DNA of 64,000 nucleotides from Octopus vulgaris (GCA_951406725.2 OX597840.1:32178001-32242000); one strand, 5' to 3'. Positions 39,657 through 54,065 are shown, counted from the first letter of the stretch. Notes: generated by a model from the letters alone, not told the origin. Numbers and translations: made by a program.

Positions 39657-40310
39657 TTATATATATATAATATATAATATATATTTATATATTTATTATA
39701 TATATAATTTATGAATGATACATACGTATATATATACATATGCATATATAGTCATACTTGCTGGCATATATGTATGCATGTACTCATGGTGTTATTTCTT
39801 ACATTAGTGCAAGATCTGGTATACACAGTAAGGTTCATATTTCCTGTGTATGGAATTTTCCGATCGATCCGACGGATATCCATTACTTTATTATATTTTG
39901 ACACGAACAAATAGCAACAATCCATTCCTGGATCAGCGGTGATGATCCCTCTTTATACATTACATGGATCAAAACTAATAACAGTATATTCAAACACACA
40001 CACACGTACACACAAACACACACACAAGCACACACGCATAGCAATATATACATATACATATACAAAGACACATATAAGTATATATATATATATATGTACA
40101 TATATATTTATACATACACACACACATGTATAGATATATATTGATAAACACAATGATATTGGATATACATATATATGTCTGCGTGTTTGTCTATATATAT
40201 ATAATGTGTGTGTGTGTATATATATATACATACATACTTATACACACACACACATATATATATATGTACATACACATACATACACGTATATATATGAATG
40301 TGGGTATGAC

Positions 40311-40341
<31 letters not shown>

Positions 40342-40374
40342 ATATATATATATATGTATATATGTATACTTATG

Positions 40375-40407
<33 letters not shown>

Positions 40408-40584
40408 ATGTATGTATAGCTACATTATATATGAATATCGTCATATGAAAATGCATGCAAAAGTATCCATACATGTACGTGTGTGTACGCGCGTTGTGTG
40501 CATGTATGTGTGTGTGACGTATATGTATATATGAGTATGCTCTGGAAATATATACATGTTGTGTATACATACATACATACACAC

Positions 40585-40615
<31 letters not shown>

Positions 40616-40764
40616 GGAAGATATAGATCTATAATTATATAAATATATTATATATAAGTATGTATATAAATGCATTTATCAATCTATCATTCTTTCTTTC
40701 TCTCTATATATATATGTATGTATATAAATATATATATCGTATATTACATATATACATGTATATT

Positions 40765-40809
<45 letters not shown>

Positions 40810-40820
40810 TATATTATATA

Positions 40821-40901
<81 letters not shown>

Positions 40902-41231
40902 CTGACCACATAGTTTGCTTTATGTCCGACAACAGTTAATTAGACATCGAACGCTCGACGTTTTATTATTGTCATTGTACGTGTATATCACAGATTGAAA
41001 CTGGAAAGTTCTGGAAGCGTTCCCTAAGAAATGCCATTAATTAATCAACGGACTTTCGGCATACTGTGGTTCATCCAGTATCCGCCCTTTCATACACCCG
41101 CCACCATGTGTCTTATTTCGATGATTTGTGATGACCCGTATGAATGGGGGTTCGTAATGGAATCGACCGTTAAGACGCAGCAAACTGTGTTGCGCATGCG
41201 CACCCATACTCACACTTGTTGGTGTGTATAT

Positions 41232-41290
<59 letters not shown>

Positions 41291-41351
41291 ATATATATAT
41301 ATATATGTAAATATATATGCATATATATATATATATATATGTATATATATT

Positions 41352-41400
<49 letters not shown>

Positions 41401-41406
<6 letters not shown>

Positions 41407-42510
41407 ATATTTCGGAATGGTCATTTTGCCAGTTTAGCCAATAAAAACACACGCACTATATATTTGGTGTTATTTATTTTTTACATTGATCTTAATCTTA
41501 TTTCGGCCAGAGTTCTTTCGTCACACTCCTGTGACCGCATCAGTGGTCCTTTGTTTTCTTCTTTCTTATTTGTGTCTCTCCTTACTAACCGTCAGCCATT
41601 TTGTATTTCTATTGTATGTCTTCATTTGCGCATGCTTATATCTCTATGTGCGTTTATGTTTATTTAGTGTGTGTATGTGGGGTATGCCTGTAATATTTGT
41701 ATCTTCTGTTTATATATGTTCATGTAATTTGTAATTTTATATGTTCATGTAATTTGTATTTTTTTTATTTATTTTTTTTTTTGTATTTTGTATTTTTTTT
41801 TGTTTATTCTTATTTTGTTCATGTGTTTACATCCACCCATTATTATCATTACATATGCTTGTATGTATGTATGTATGTATGTATAACAATAATACTAGTA
41901 ATAATAATAATAAATTGAATCGAAAAAATAAATAAATAAATAAAATTTAAAAGAAAAAATATATATATATATATATACATATATATACATATACATATAC
42001 ATATACATATATATATATATAGTTATTTATTTCTATTAGTTTATTTATTTAATTATAAAAAAAATTGAAAAAATAAATAAAAATAAAAAAAATACAAATT
42101 ACATGAACATATAAAATTACAAATTACATGAACATATATAAACAGAAGATACAAATATTACAGGCATCCCCCACATACACACACTAAATAAACATAAACA
42201 CACATAGAGATATAAGCATGCGCAAATGAAGGCATACAATAGAAATACAAAATGGCTGACGGTTAGTAAGGAGAGACACAAATAAGAAAGAAGAAAACAA
42301 AGGACCACTGATGCGGTCACAGGAGTGTGACGAAAGAACTCTGGCCGAAATAAGATTAAGATCAATGTAAAAAATAAATAACACTGAAGCAAAATAACAC
42401 CAAATATATAGTGCGTGTGTTTTTATTGGCTAAACTGGCAAAATGACCATTCCTAAATATAACAATATCTGTTTCAACACACGACTTCACATAAAAAATC
42501 TTGCACAACA
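41401..42510. mobile_element. inverted pair of a pLTR-like element with hammerhead-like motif
   Basis: 41401-~41770 is the reverse complement of ~42075-42465; third copy at 48253-48575. Confidence 0.8.
42305..42344 (+). ncRNA. minimal hammerhead-like motif (A9C variant)
   Basis: CCA-CTGATGC-G-GTCAC-AGGAGT-GTGAC-GAAAGAACTC-TGG. Confidence 0.55.
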
Positions 42511-42553
42511 AATATTTAAACATATATATATATGTATATATATATATATATGA

Positions 42554-42653
<100 letters not shown>

Positions 42654-42934
42654 AAATATATGTATATACATATATATACATATATATACATATATATATA
42701 TGTATATATATATGTATATATATATGTATATATATATATGTATATATATATGTATATATATACAGTGCCGGACTAGGTCTGAAAGTATTGGTTGCCAGGC
42801 GAATAAGGAGAATAAGGGGGCCCACCCGCAACTACAAGTATTCTTTTCAGCTGTCTACAATCACAGCTAGGCTGACAATAATGTGTTCTTCCAGGAGTGA
42901 ATAAAAACTTCTCAAACTTGTAGAGATGGTGCCC

Positions 42935-43016
<82 letters not shown>

Positions 43017-43024
43017 ATTTATTA

Positions 43025-43212
43025 GTCGCCATGATAGATCGTTAGCCACTACACACATTTTTTTCTCTCCTTGTTTTTTCTGTGTACCTTTCTGTAGAAG
43101 AGCGTAGGCTCGAAACGTAAAAGACTTTTTCTATTCCTGAGCGTTATACTAATACATCTGTTAGTTTTGTACACCACCTGTCTTCGTCTTTTGTTTTTTT
43201 CGTAAACTCTCC

Positions 43213-43214
<2 letters not shown>
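43025..43214 (+). mobile_element. solo pLTR-like repeat (17.8-kb family)
   Basis: CTGTAGA-A-GAGC-GTAG-GCTC-GAAACG..CGTT at 43092-43145. Confidence 0.7.
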
Positions 43215-43265
<51 letters not shown>

Positions 43266-43308
43266 AAGTAGAATGATATATTTTTCAACGCTAAATACTG
43301 ATAGAACA

Positions 43309-43352
<44 letters not shown>

Positions 43353-43501
43353 GATAATATCCCTTACAGAGTAGAAAAATCTGTCAGCAACCAGCCATAG
43401 CTGGTTGCTTCTTCTTGTACTACAATACATTTCAGCGCTTCAAAAACAAACGTAAGTTTGTTTCATGTGATGTAATTTATATACATATATATAAAACTCT
43501 G

Positions 43502-43616
<115 letters not shown>

Positions 43617-43623
43617 GTCTATT

Positions 43624-43683
<60 letters not shown>

Positions 43684-43724
43684 GACAAATATACACACAC
43701 TCACACATGCACACACACATGCAG

Positions 43725-43757
<33 letters not shown>

Positions 43758-43992
43758 GTATGTATATTTTCCTTTATATGCTATATATGCGTATATACGA
43801 AGTAAGAGGAGGAGACAGAGGAGGAGACAAACAGACAGAAGACGGACCGACCGACAAACAGACATGCAGACAGATTGATAAACAAACTGATAGTCTGTCT
43901 GTCTTTTTATATATGCCTGTGTTTGTGTGTGTGTATGCATCTGAATTTCTGTAATGTGTGCATGTCCATGTGTTCGTTTGTGAATATATATG

Positions 43993-44136
<144 letters not shown>

Positions 44137-44682
44137 GGATATATATACGTGTGTGTGTGTGTGTGTGTGGACAGCTAAATATTTCCGCCGGCCCAAGCCT
44201 AAATCTTATACGCACGTTCGGATCGTATTTCTCCGGGCTACGGGAAGACCTCTAAATGTAGAAGCATCAGATAGAATGCATTTGAATCTTCGTCAGCAAA
44301 TTGTCAGGTTAACCTGAAGCTTCTAAAATTCCAAAAGAATTGGAACTACAAAGAAAATAATCGAAGCATTTATTTGACTTGAAAGAAACTCGTCCGCAGA
44401 GCCGGATGATTTTTGCACATCTCAAATTAATTTCCTGTAAAATAGGAATTGTTAAATTCAAAGCCATTGGATATATTCTACCAGTGTTGTCGTTATTGTC
44501 GACAAGTCATGTAGCAACACCAAATGGCGGTGCCCCAGCATGGCCACAGCTCGTGAGCTGAAACTAGATAAAAATAAAATAAAATTAAATAAAAAATAAA
44601 ATAAAATTTGAATCTTGTATCATTTATCCTTAACTTGTTTCGGTTATTAAGCTACGGTCATGTTGGGGCACCGCCTTGAAGG

Positions 44683-45326
44683 TGGCGGCACATGGTCTAG
44701 TGGTTAGAGCAGCAGACTCGCGGTCGAGGAATCGCGGGTTCGAATCTCAGACCGGGCGATGTGTGTGTTTATGAGCGAAAACACCTAAGCCCCACGCGGC
44801 TCCGGCAGAAGGTAATGGCGAACTTCTGCTGACTCTTTCGCCACAACTTTCTCTCGCTCTTTCCTCCTGCATCTAGCAGCTCACCTGTGACGGACCAGTG
44901 TCCCGTCCAGGTGGGGAACCTATACGCCCAGAATCCGGAAAACCGGCCCTTATGAGCCAGGCATGGCTCGAGAAGGAACAAACAACAACAATATATATGT
45001 GTATGTGTGTGTGTCTGGAGGCACATGGCCTAGTGGTTAGAGCAGTGGACTCACGGTCGAGGGAATCGCGGGTTCGAATCTCAGACCGGGCGATGTGTGT
45101 GTTTATGAGCGAAAACACCAAAGCCCCACGCGGCTCCGGCAGAAGGTAATGGCGAACTTCTGCTGACTCTTTCACCACAACTTTCTCTCGCTCTTTCCTC
45201 CTGCATTTTGCAGCTCACCTGCGATGGACCGGCACCCCGTCCAGGTGGGAAACCTATACGCCAAGGAAACCGGGAAACCGGCCCTTATGAACCAGGCATG
45301 GCTCGAAAAGGAACAAACAAACAAAA
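44683..45326 (+). mobile_element. tandem dimer of SINE family F with one 13-bp TSD
   Basis: copies 44683-44990 and 45016-45326; TSD ACCGCCTTGAAGG at 44670-44682 and 45327-45339. Confidence 0.87.
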
Positions 45327-45572
45327 ACCGCCTTGAAGGGTTTCAATCGAACAAGGTGACCTCAGTACTTGGTTTATATATATTTTTGTTTAATTTCACA
45401 TTCTTCAATTCTTTAAATCGTTTCAGCTTTAAAGTTGCGACCAGACTGGGGCACAATCGTTGACTAGGCTACACCGTTATTTGAAACCTCCTCTAAAATG
45501 TGGCATTTGGTGAATGAAGAAGTTTGATGCTGCTGCTCTCAGCTATGTTTCGTGCCCTGAGGTAGGCTCATA

Positions 45573-45972
45573 CTCTTTACTCTTTTACTTGTTTCAGTCA
45601 TTTGACTGTGGCCATGCTGGAGCACCGCCTTTAGTCGAGCAAATCGACCCCGGGACTTATTCTTTGTAAGCCTAGTACTTATTCTATCGGTCTCTTTTTG
45701 CCGAACAACTAAGTGACAGGGACATAAACACACCAGCATCAGTTGTCAAGCAATGCTAGGGGGACAAACACAGACACACAAGCACACACATATATATATA
45801 CATATATACGACAGGCTTCTTTCAGTTTCCGTCTACCAAATCCACTCACAAGGCATTGGTCGGCCTGGGTCTATAGCAGAAGACACTTGCCCAAGATGCC
45901 ACGCAGTGGGACTGAACCCGGAACCATGTGGTTGGTTAGCAAGCTACTTACCACACAGCCACTCCTGCGCCT
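45573..45972 (-). mobile_element. SINE A
   Basis: match to family consensus. Confidence 0.92.
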
Positions 45973-45974
45973 GG

Positions 45975-46280
45975 AACCCTTGACAAAAGAGATTCAGTTT
46001 TGTTTTGAAGGCCCCTTTGTCCACATCATGCAGGTTTCTCAGGCATTTTGAAAGGATACTGAAGAATTGTGGACCTTTGAAGTCCAAGCTGTTGTACTAT
46101 TTGGTCCTGTATTTTGACGGTGATGCTGGAATCTTTGGCACTTTGTAATAGCGCCCCGTTCTACTGTTTGTGTAGCTTTCAATGCCAAAGTTTGTTCCAA
46201 GGCCTTCCAGGATTTTCCAGATGACACAGGATATAATTCCCACTTTCTGGTATTATTATATCGAATAATTTCTGCCAAAC
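45975..46280 (-). pseudogene. CR1-group LINE ORF2 C-terminal remnant
   Basis: manual frame: FKGPQFFSILSKCLRNLHDVDKGAFKTKLNL. Confidence 0.65.
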
Positions 46281-46590
46281 CGCTAGGCTACGAGGACGGA
46301 AAGAAACACACACACACACACGAAAACAAGTAAGGAGTCGATATCCACCATCATCATCACTACAAGAACTGGAGACTGTTTTAGCTGAAGATTTGACAAA
46401 AATTCCTTTGGAAACAATTCAAACTTTGTATGAGTCCTTACCTCGTAGAATTCAAGCTTATTCAAACTTAGAATTCAAGTAATTATTGACAAAAGCAGTC
46501 CTACCCTATACTAAAATACATTTGTTTGAAATTTTAAGGTGTTTCCATTATTTTTTGCAGCTTCTGTATATATACATATATATATATGTA

Positions 46591-46655
<65 letters not shown>

Positions 46656-46714
46656 ATATGTATTTTTATGTATATACGTATTTCCATGTATATATATATA
46701 TATATATATATATC

Positions 46715-46932
46715 TTACAAAATGTGACCTCATGCGTACCGTTGGCGATGTCTTTTCTTCTGTCTTCCCTCTTCTCTGGATCTTTCCTTCTCCTATGTTT
46801 CCGACGAAGAGCTCCGCTCGAAACGTTAAACCCTCCTTCTTTCCTTCTTTCCTGAGCGTCCGATAATACTATATTTGTTCCACGTCCTCGCGTTGTTGTG
46901 TTTTTTTTTTGTGCTTTCTTGCTTGGATTAAC
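46715..46932 (+). mobile_element. pLTR-like repeat with hammerhead-like motif
   Basis: CCGACGA-A-GAGC-TCC-GCTC-GAAACGTT..AGCGTC at 46801-46860. Confidence 0.6.
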
Positions 46933-46936
46933 TATA

Positions 46937-47448
46937 TCTATATATATAAAACTGTAGTTGTGTGAGTGTCTGTCCCCTTCGATTTAGATTCCTAACTACT
47001 CCCACATTTTGCGGTGCAGTTTAACCAAATTCGGGTATCTTATAGTCGTGATTAATATCGAGCCCGTCTGAGTATTAGCGCGCGTCTACGATGAGTCTAC
47101 GATTTTAAAAATAATTTAACATCATTTTTTATTCCATTTTAATGCATAATTTTTCGTGTGTCGATGGCGGCGGAGTTGGCGTCCATGGTCACACCTGCAC
47201 CTGTTTGCTTCTCCCCCTTCTTCCCTCCCTCGTGAAGCTGTGGGGAAGGGAGTGTAAGAATATCAACGTCGTAAAGCGTTGTCAAGGAGACCAACGTTAT
47301 TTTAGAACAACGACTTCATGGCTTGAAGACACCAAAACAGAAATGGCGAAGAAAGCCCGAATTGGCATCTATAAGGGAAGTAACTCTCTAAAAATGCTTA
47401 TATAGTTATTTCCCTTACAAACCCGAGCAACGCCGGGCGATACTGCTA

Positions 47449-47449
<1 letters not shown>
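46937..47449 (+). mobile_element. non-autonomous Helitron
   Basis: 5' TC, 3' hairpin CCCG..CGGG then CTAG, inserted between A and T; 3' ~60 bp shared with the 62853 element. Confidence 0.85.
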
Positions 47450-47504
<55 letters not shown>

Positions 47505-48054
47505 GCGTGCATATATATCTGAGTTTGTACACAAGATGATCAGAAATGGAACTCTATTGGTCGTAGCTCCATAGCTCTGCATATTCGTTCAAGGTTGATC
47601 TAGGGTTAATCAAAAACAACAACAACAACATCTGGGACCACTTCCACAAACACGACCACAACCGAAGCCAGATACACAGCACAAGCAACAGCTACAACCA
47701 GACCAACACATTCAAAGCATTTGCAGACGAGAATACATCGTAGAGGCGGGAAAGCAATTATCTCTGTCCGTTTTAATGGCTTATCAACACTGTATCTCCC
47801 ACAATAATTTCCGTTCCTATAACTTATTGCCGTCCGTCGGATCTCTGACTTCATTAGACCAAACTGCTGATAATTTTTCGCTATGTTTCTTCATATATTG
47901 CCAGGCTTCACGAAACCATTCCAATATGGACACATCTAATCGTAAACACAAACGCAAAGACTTTAACACACATATACACATGTACATAAATATGCACATA
48001 CGCAGATTTAAAGATATATATATATATATAAACGTATATGTAAATATATATATG

Positions 48055-48108
<54 letters not shown>

Positions 48109-48148
48109 TATATATTTGTGTGTATATATATGTATATATATATATATT

Positions 48149-48203
<55 letters not shown>

Positions 48204-48222
48204 GTGTATATATATATATATT

Positions 48223-48252
<30 letters not shown>

Positions 48253-48253
<1 letters not shown>

Positions 48254-48575
48254 TGTTATATTTCGGAATGGTCATTTTGCCAGTTTAGCCAATAAAAACA
48301 CACGCACTATATATTTGGTGTTATTTTGCTTCAGTGTTATTTATTTTTTACATTAATCTTAATCTTATTTCGGTCAGAGTTCTTTCGTCACACTCCTGTG
48401 ACCGCATCAGTGGTCCTTTGTTTTCTTCTTTCTTATTTGTGTCTCTGAAGCAAAATAACACCAAATATATAGTGTGCGTGCTTTTATTGGCTAAACTGGC
48501 AAAATGACCATTCCGAAATATAACAATATCTGTTTCAACACACGACTTCACATAAAAAATCTTGCACAACAAACA
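48253..48575. mobile_element. fold-back copy of the 41-42 kb element
   Basis: arms ~48253-48334 / ~48446-48526. Confidence 0.8.
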
Positions 48576-48610
48576 TATTATATATATACATAATTTTCAC
48601 TTTGTATAAT

Positions 48611-48655
48611 ATTTTTGATAAGGTTCGTTTTTTCAAGAACCGAAACATGTAAAAT
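48611..48655 (+). ncRNA. minimal type I hammerhead with U3-A8 swap
   Basis: ATTT-TTGATAA-GGTTC..GAACC-GAAACATGTA-AAAT. Confidence 0.62.
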
Positions 48656-48709
48656 TCATAAGAAAATTAAAATTTATCTAATATAGTGGCCGTTTCAAAC
48701 TTCTTTTTT

Positions 48710-48807
<98 letters not shown>

Positions 48808-48809
48808 GT

Positions 48810-49031
48810 TACTCTTTACTATTTTACTCTTTTAATTGTTTGAGTCATTTGACTGAGGCCATGCTGGAGCAACGCCTTTAGTCGAAGAAAGTGACACCAG
48901 GACTTATTCTTTGTAAGCCTAGTACTTATTCTAGCTGTCTCTTTTGCCGAATCGCTAAGTGACGGGGACGTAAACACACCAGCATCAGTTGTCAAGCAAT
49001 GTTGGTGGGACAAACACAGACACACAAACAT

Positions 49032-49095
<64 letters not shown>

Positions 49096-49256
49096 GACGG
49101 GCTTTTTTTCAGTTTCCGTTTACCAAATCCACTCACAAGACTTTGGTCGGCCCGAGGCTATAACAAAAGACACTTGCCCAAGATGCCACACAGTGGGACT
49201 GAACCCGGAACCATGTGGTTGGTAAGCAATCTACTTATCACACAGCCATTCCTGCA
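48810..49256 (-). mobile_element. SINE A
   Basis: match to family consensus. Confidence 0.88.
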
Positions 49257-49684
49257 CTATTTAATATTCTTTTCTTTGAAAACTTTTTCACTGATCTCGG
49301 TCTGTTAATAGCTAGGAATTCAGATGCGTAACACTGGCACTGAGGTAGCGATATTTGAAATTTGGTCTTGGTGAATCTAGTTGATCAGTGAAAAAGTTTT
49401 CAAAGAAAAAATATTAAATAGTGCAATACAGTAGTATTGCTTCCCAGTAAAACAAAGCACCATCAGTTTAAGTATAAATATAGATTAGTAGTACAGAAAT
49501 ACACCAATATTTACTGGAAATAGCAGTCGATAATATACGACGCGATAGTAAAGCTTCACTGTGTATATATATTGGTGGCGAACATAACAAAATTCATATT
49601 ACCTGTAGGAAGACACTTAAATAAATGTATTTTAACTTAGGAATCAATACTACTGTATTTCAGAATTTAATAATGATATATATA

Positions 49685-49925
49685 TATATAGAAAAAAGTA
49701 AAGAGTGAAAAAACTACAGAAGGCTTAAATGTTAAAAAATATATATATTTGCGTCAATATGTCTGAAGAATATTGAAAAGCTACACGCGAAACCGGTCAT
49801 TATAAGAGAAAAAATTTTTTTTTTTAAATTTTCTAATATTCTTCAGACATATTGACGCAAATATATATATTTTTTAACATTTAAGCCTTCTGTAGTTTTT
49901 TCACTCTTTGCTTTTTTCTATATAT
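49685..49925. repeat. fold-back (~88-bp arms) with TTGAAAA-GC..GC-GAAACCGGTC in the spacer
   Basis: arms ~49685-49774 / ~49836-49925. Confidence 0.75.
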
Positions 49926-49966
49926 TCACCCACGTGCTTTCACAAACCAACTTTCTTATCTATCTA

Positions 49967-50058
<92 letters not shown>

Positions 50059-50081
50059 TACATACATACATATATATATAA

Positions 50082-50280
50082 CGGGAAGCTTTATGAAAAT
50101 AAACAAAAGACGAAGGCAGGTGGAAAACAAACGAACAATTGTATTAGTATGGCGCTCAGGAAATATAAATAAAACAAGTCTTTAACGTTTCGAGCCTACG
50201 CTCTTCAACAGAAAGATACACAGAGAGAGAAAAACACAGAAAGAGGAGAGAAAAAAATGCGTGCAGTAGCTAACGAATCA
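50082..50280 (-). mobile_element. solo pLTR-like repeat (17.8-kb family)
   Basis: close match to 15601-15803. Confidence 0.72.
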
Positions 50281-50351
50281 ACATATATATATACATACAT
50301 ATATATATATATACATATATATGTATATATATATGTATATATATGTATATA

Positions 50352-50424
<73 letters not shown>

Positions 50425-51026
50425 AATCGTTAGTTTCAAAGTGAGGATCGCATGTCCTGTTTTGTTCGCCATTAAAACAACCAGTTGCTCAGACAGCCGG
50501 CTCATACCATTTCGCTAGCAACAAGGGGAGTACAGGATGACAGTCAGACAAAACCGTCGCTATGCTGTCTCTCTTCTCTCCTCACTCTGTGGGGTTAATA
50601 TTCTTAATCTTTAGTTTCAGTTTCTCATTCAAACTACATAATAGGCAGAATTGTCGGATTAAGACGGTAGGGTGTTTTTGAGGGAGATTTGGCTGCTATT
50701 TCTACCACGTCCAGCTACCATTTACAGGTCTGCCTCATCTTTGATATTATTCCTTATGCTTTCCAAAATCGAGTCTCAGATGTTGACTTATGGGGTATCA
50801 AACAATTCAGTACTATTTTGGCTACAAATTAAACTTAATTTTTTTCACATATTTGCATTTCAAAAGTTTATTCCTTTCTATAAATCAACAACCTTCTTTC
50901 ATTTTCTTTCTCTGTTCTTTTCGCATTCTCTTCTTTTAATTTGTGCTCTCTTCAAAAAACAATTTCAACGGATACGACTGCTTACAAATATAGGGATCAA
51001 TGTATAATTTCTTTCTATGTTCACAT

Positions 51027-51408
51027 GAAGCACTCCGTCGGTTACGACGACGAGGGTTCCGGTTGATCCGAATCAACGGAACAGCCTGCTCGTGAAATTA
51101 ACGTGTAAGTGGCTGAGCACTCCACAGACACGTGTACCCTTAACGTAGTTCTCGGGGATATTCAGCGTGACACAGAGAGTGACAAGGCCGGCCCTTTGAA
51201 ATACAGGTACAACAGAAACAGGAAGTAAGAGTGAGAGAAAGTTGTGGTGAAAGAGTACAGCAGGAATCACCACCATCCCCTGCCGGAGCCTCGTGGAGCT
51301 TTAGGTGTTTTCGCTCAATAAACACTCACAACGCCCGGTCTGGGAATCGAAACCGCGATCCTATGACCGCGAGTCCGCTGCCCTAACTACTGGGCCATTG
51401 CGCCTCCT
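51027..51408 (-). mobile_element. SINE B
   Basis: family match; TATGTTCA duplicated on flanks. Confidence 0.92.
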
Positions 51409-51411
51409 ATG

Positions 51412-51518
<107 letters not shown>

Positions 51519-51746
51519 AAGCGCAAGCGCTTGCGTATATGAACATGCGCACACATTTGCGCAAATCTTTAAATATATATGTATGCACGTTTGTAAATCT
51601 GTATTGTAAGATCTCTCTACCTTTGATTCTCACTCTCTCTGTCTTTGTCTCTCTTCCTCTCTCTCTCTCTCTCTCTTCCCCTTCTCTCTCCCTCGCGTAT
51701 CAAGTTATAAACCGATCTTGTAAGATTAGTTGGAGGCACGTGACAT

Positions 51747-51991
51747 GTCATCTGCGACGATTTCATCTCAATGGAAGGAGAGGAGCTTTCTCCGTCCGGG
51801 TTGCGGATCCGTGGAACAAGCTGCCAGACGAGATGGTGAAGATGCCGACGATCGCTTTGTTCAAAGCCTCCCTTGACCTCAAGTGGCCTGAAGTCTTTAC
51901 ATGAACACCACCCTGTACTTAACTCCATGTCCCCCTACATGGCCTTGCTATTTGCTTTTGAGCCAAATTAACTAACTAACTAACTAACTAA
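51747..51991 (+). mobile_element. CR1-like LINE 3' end with (TAAC)n tail
   Basis: RRGAFSVRVADPWNKLPDEMV..FKASLD. Confidence 0.85.
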
Positions 51992-52735
51992 TTCTGCCAA
52001 TTTAATGTACCTTCAAGCATGAAACTATTGCTAGTTCTTTTGTAATTGTGCATGTTAAATGCTATGTCTTTCTGGATAGAGTACTTATCTTATGGGCTTA
52101 CCTACTTTAGATCTGTAAACTGTATGCGTGTGTATGTGTGTGTGTGTTTATATGTATGTGTGCGTATGCATATATACACACGTATGCATGTATATACATA
52201 CACATGTATGTCAAATAATACTGACACCTGCATAGATATATCTATAGAGACAGAGAAACCAAGGAAATTGGAAAATATAATTAAATTCTCTGCAATATTG
52301 TCGCTTGCAAATACGTACATTCATTTACGTAAAATCTTTAATTAATTGTTAATTAGAAATATTTAATATTAGATTTGCAAATCGTTTCTTTTTTTAATTT
52401 TTGTGTTTTGTTTCTTCTTTTTGTTATGTTTGCTTTCTAATCTTTTCCTCATACGTCACTTGAAATTTTAATGAAGAAGATGTTGCTCCAGCTTGGCCGT
52501 GGTTATGACTGTTCAACCATTTAATTCTCCCTCTCTGTGAGTGTGTGTGTGTGTGTGTGTGTACTATATGCATGCATTTGTATGTATATATGCATGTTTG
52601 CATATATAAACGTGTTAAGAAGTATATTATATATATATATATATATAAATGGCGGTGCCCCAGCATGGCCACAGCTCATTAGCTGAAACTGGAAAAATCA
52701 AAATCAAAATCATATATATATATATATATATATAT

Positions 52736-53130
52736 CTTTTACTTGTTTCAGTCATTTGACTGTGGCCATGCTGGAGCACCGCCTTTAATCGAGCAACTCG
52801 ACCCCGGGACTTATTCTTTTGTAAGCCCTGTACTTATTCTATCGGTCTCTTTTGCCGAACCGCTGGGTGACGGGGAACGTAAACACACCAGCATCGGTTG
52901 TCATGCAATGCTAGGGGACAAACACAGACACACAAACACACACACGCATATATATATACATATATACGACAGGCTTCTTTCAGTTTCCGTCTACCAAATC
53001 CACTCACAAGGCTTTGGTCGGCCCGAGGCTATAGTAGAAGACACTTGCCCAAGGTGCCACGCAGTGGGACTGAACCCGGAACCATGTGGTTGGTAAACAA
53101 GCTACTTACCACACAGCCACTCCTACGCCT
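52736..53130 (-). mobile_element. SINE A
   Basis: match to family consensus. Confidence 0.92.
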
Positions 53131-53529
53131 TATATATGCATATGCACGCACGCACATACTTAGATGCACATGTCATTGATGAAATATATGTGTATATGAA
53201 TGTAGATCTCTGTACCACCAGCTGCATGCCGTCTCTGTCCCACTATCGTCCGTCTTTGCATCCTCTGAAACTAATGACTGGTAATGCACTTCTGTGAAAG
53301 CACGATGGAATCATGGCCAAATAGCGGCAGTGTTTTAGCGACGTTTACAACACTTTGGCCGGCGTAAGTACTGCTATAATCGAAGGTCTTGCGCAGGGAT
53401 TTGGTGATCCACCAGCTTGATAGTCCACCCACTAATGGTAAAATAACGAAAACTGTAAAATTGAAGAAGCCTGTGAACGCCCCTGCAAATGATGGCATTG
53501 TTGCTAACTGGTATAGCTTTTTTTTGGTT

Positions 53530-53911
53530 GGAAGCACTCCGTCGGTTACCACGACGAGGGTTCCGGTTGATCCGAATCAACGGAACAGCCTGCTCGTGAA
53601 ATTAACGTGTAAGTGGCTGAGCACTCCACAGATACGTGTACCCTTAACGTAGTTCTCGGGGATATTCAGCGTGACACAGAGAGTGACAAGGCCGGCCCTT
53701 TGAAATACAGGTACAACAGAAACAGGAAGTAAGAGTGAGAGAAAGTTGTGGTGAAAGAGTACAACAGGATCACCAACATCCCCTGCCGGAGCCTCGTGGA
53801 GCTTTAGGTGTTTTCGCTCAATAAACACTCACAACGCCCGGTCTGGGAATCGAAACCGCGATCCTATGACCGCGAGTCCGCTGCCCTAACCACTGGGCCA
53901 TTGCGCCTCCA
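53530..53911 (-). mobile_element. SINE B
   Basis: match to family consensus. Confidence 0.92.
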
Positions 53912-53912
53912 C

Positions 53913-53939
53913 GATAATAATAATAATAATAACAACAAC

Positions 53940-54025
<86 letters not shown>

Positions 54026-54065
54026 TGATGATGATGATGATGATGACGATGATAATAATAATAAC

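Noticed and set aside
39935-39990. Hammerhead-like GTGATGATCC..GGATCAAAACT..AGTA
   Set aside because: Both core halves deviate; at best a dead copy.
39470-40215. ~100-bp direct repeats as LTRs
   Set aside because: Embedded in TA/CA low-complexity sequence, no TG..CA/PBS/PPT pattern; likely a local duplication.
42763-42935. hAT-like terminus CAGTGCCGG (also CAGTGGTCCTCAACC at ~21216)
   Set aside because: No partner TIR or 8-bp TSD seen.
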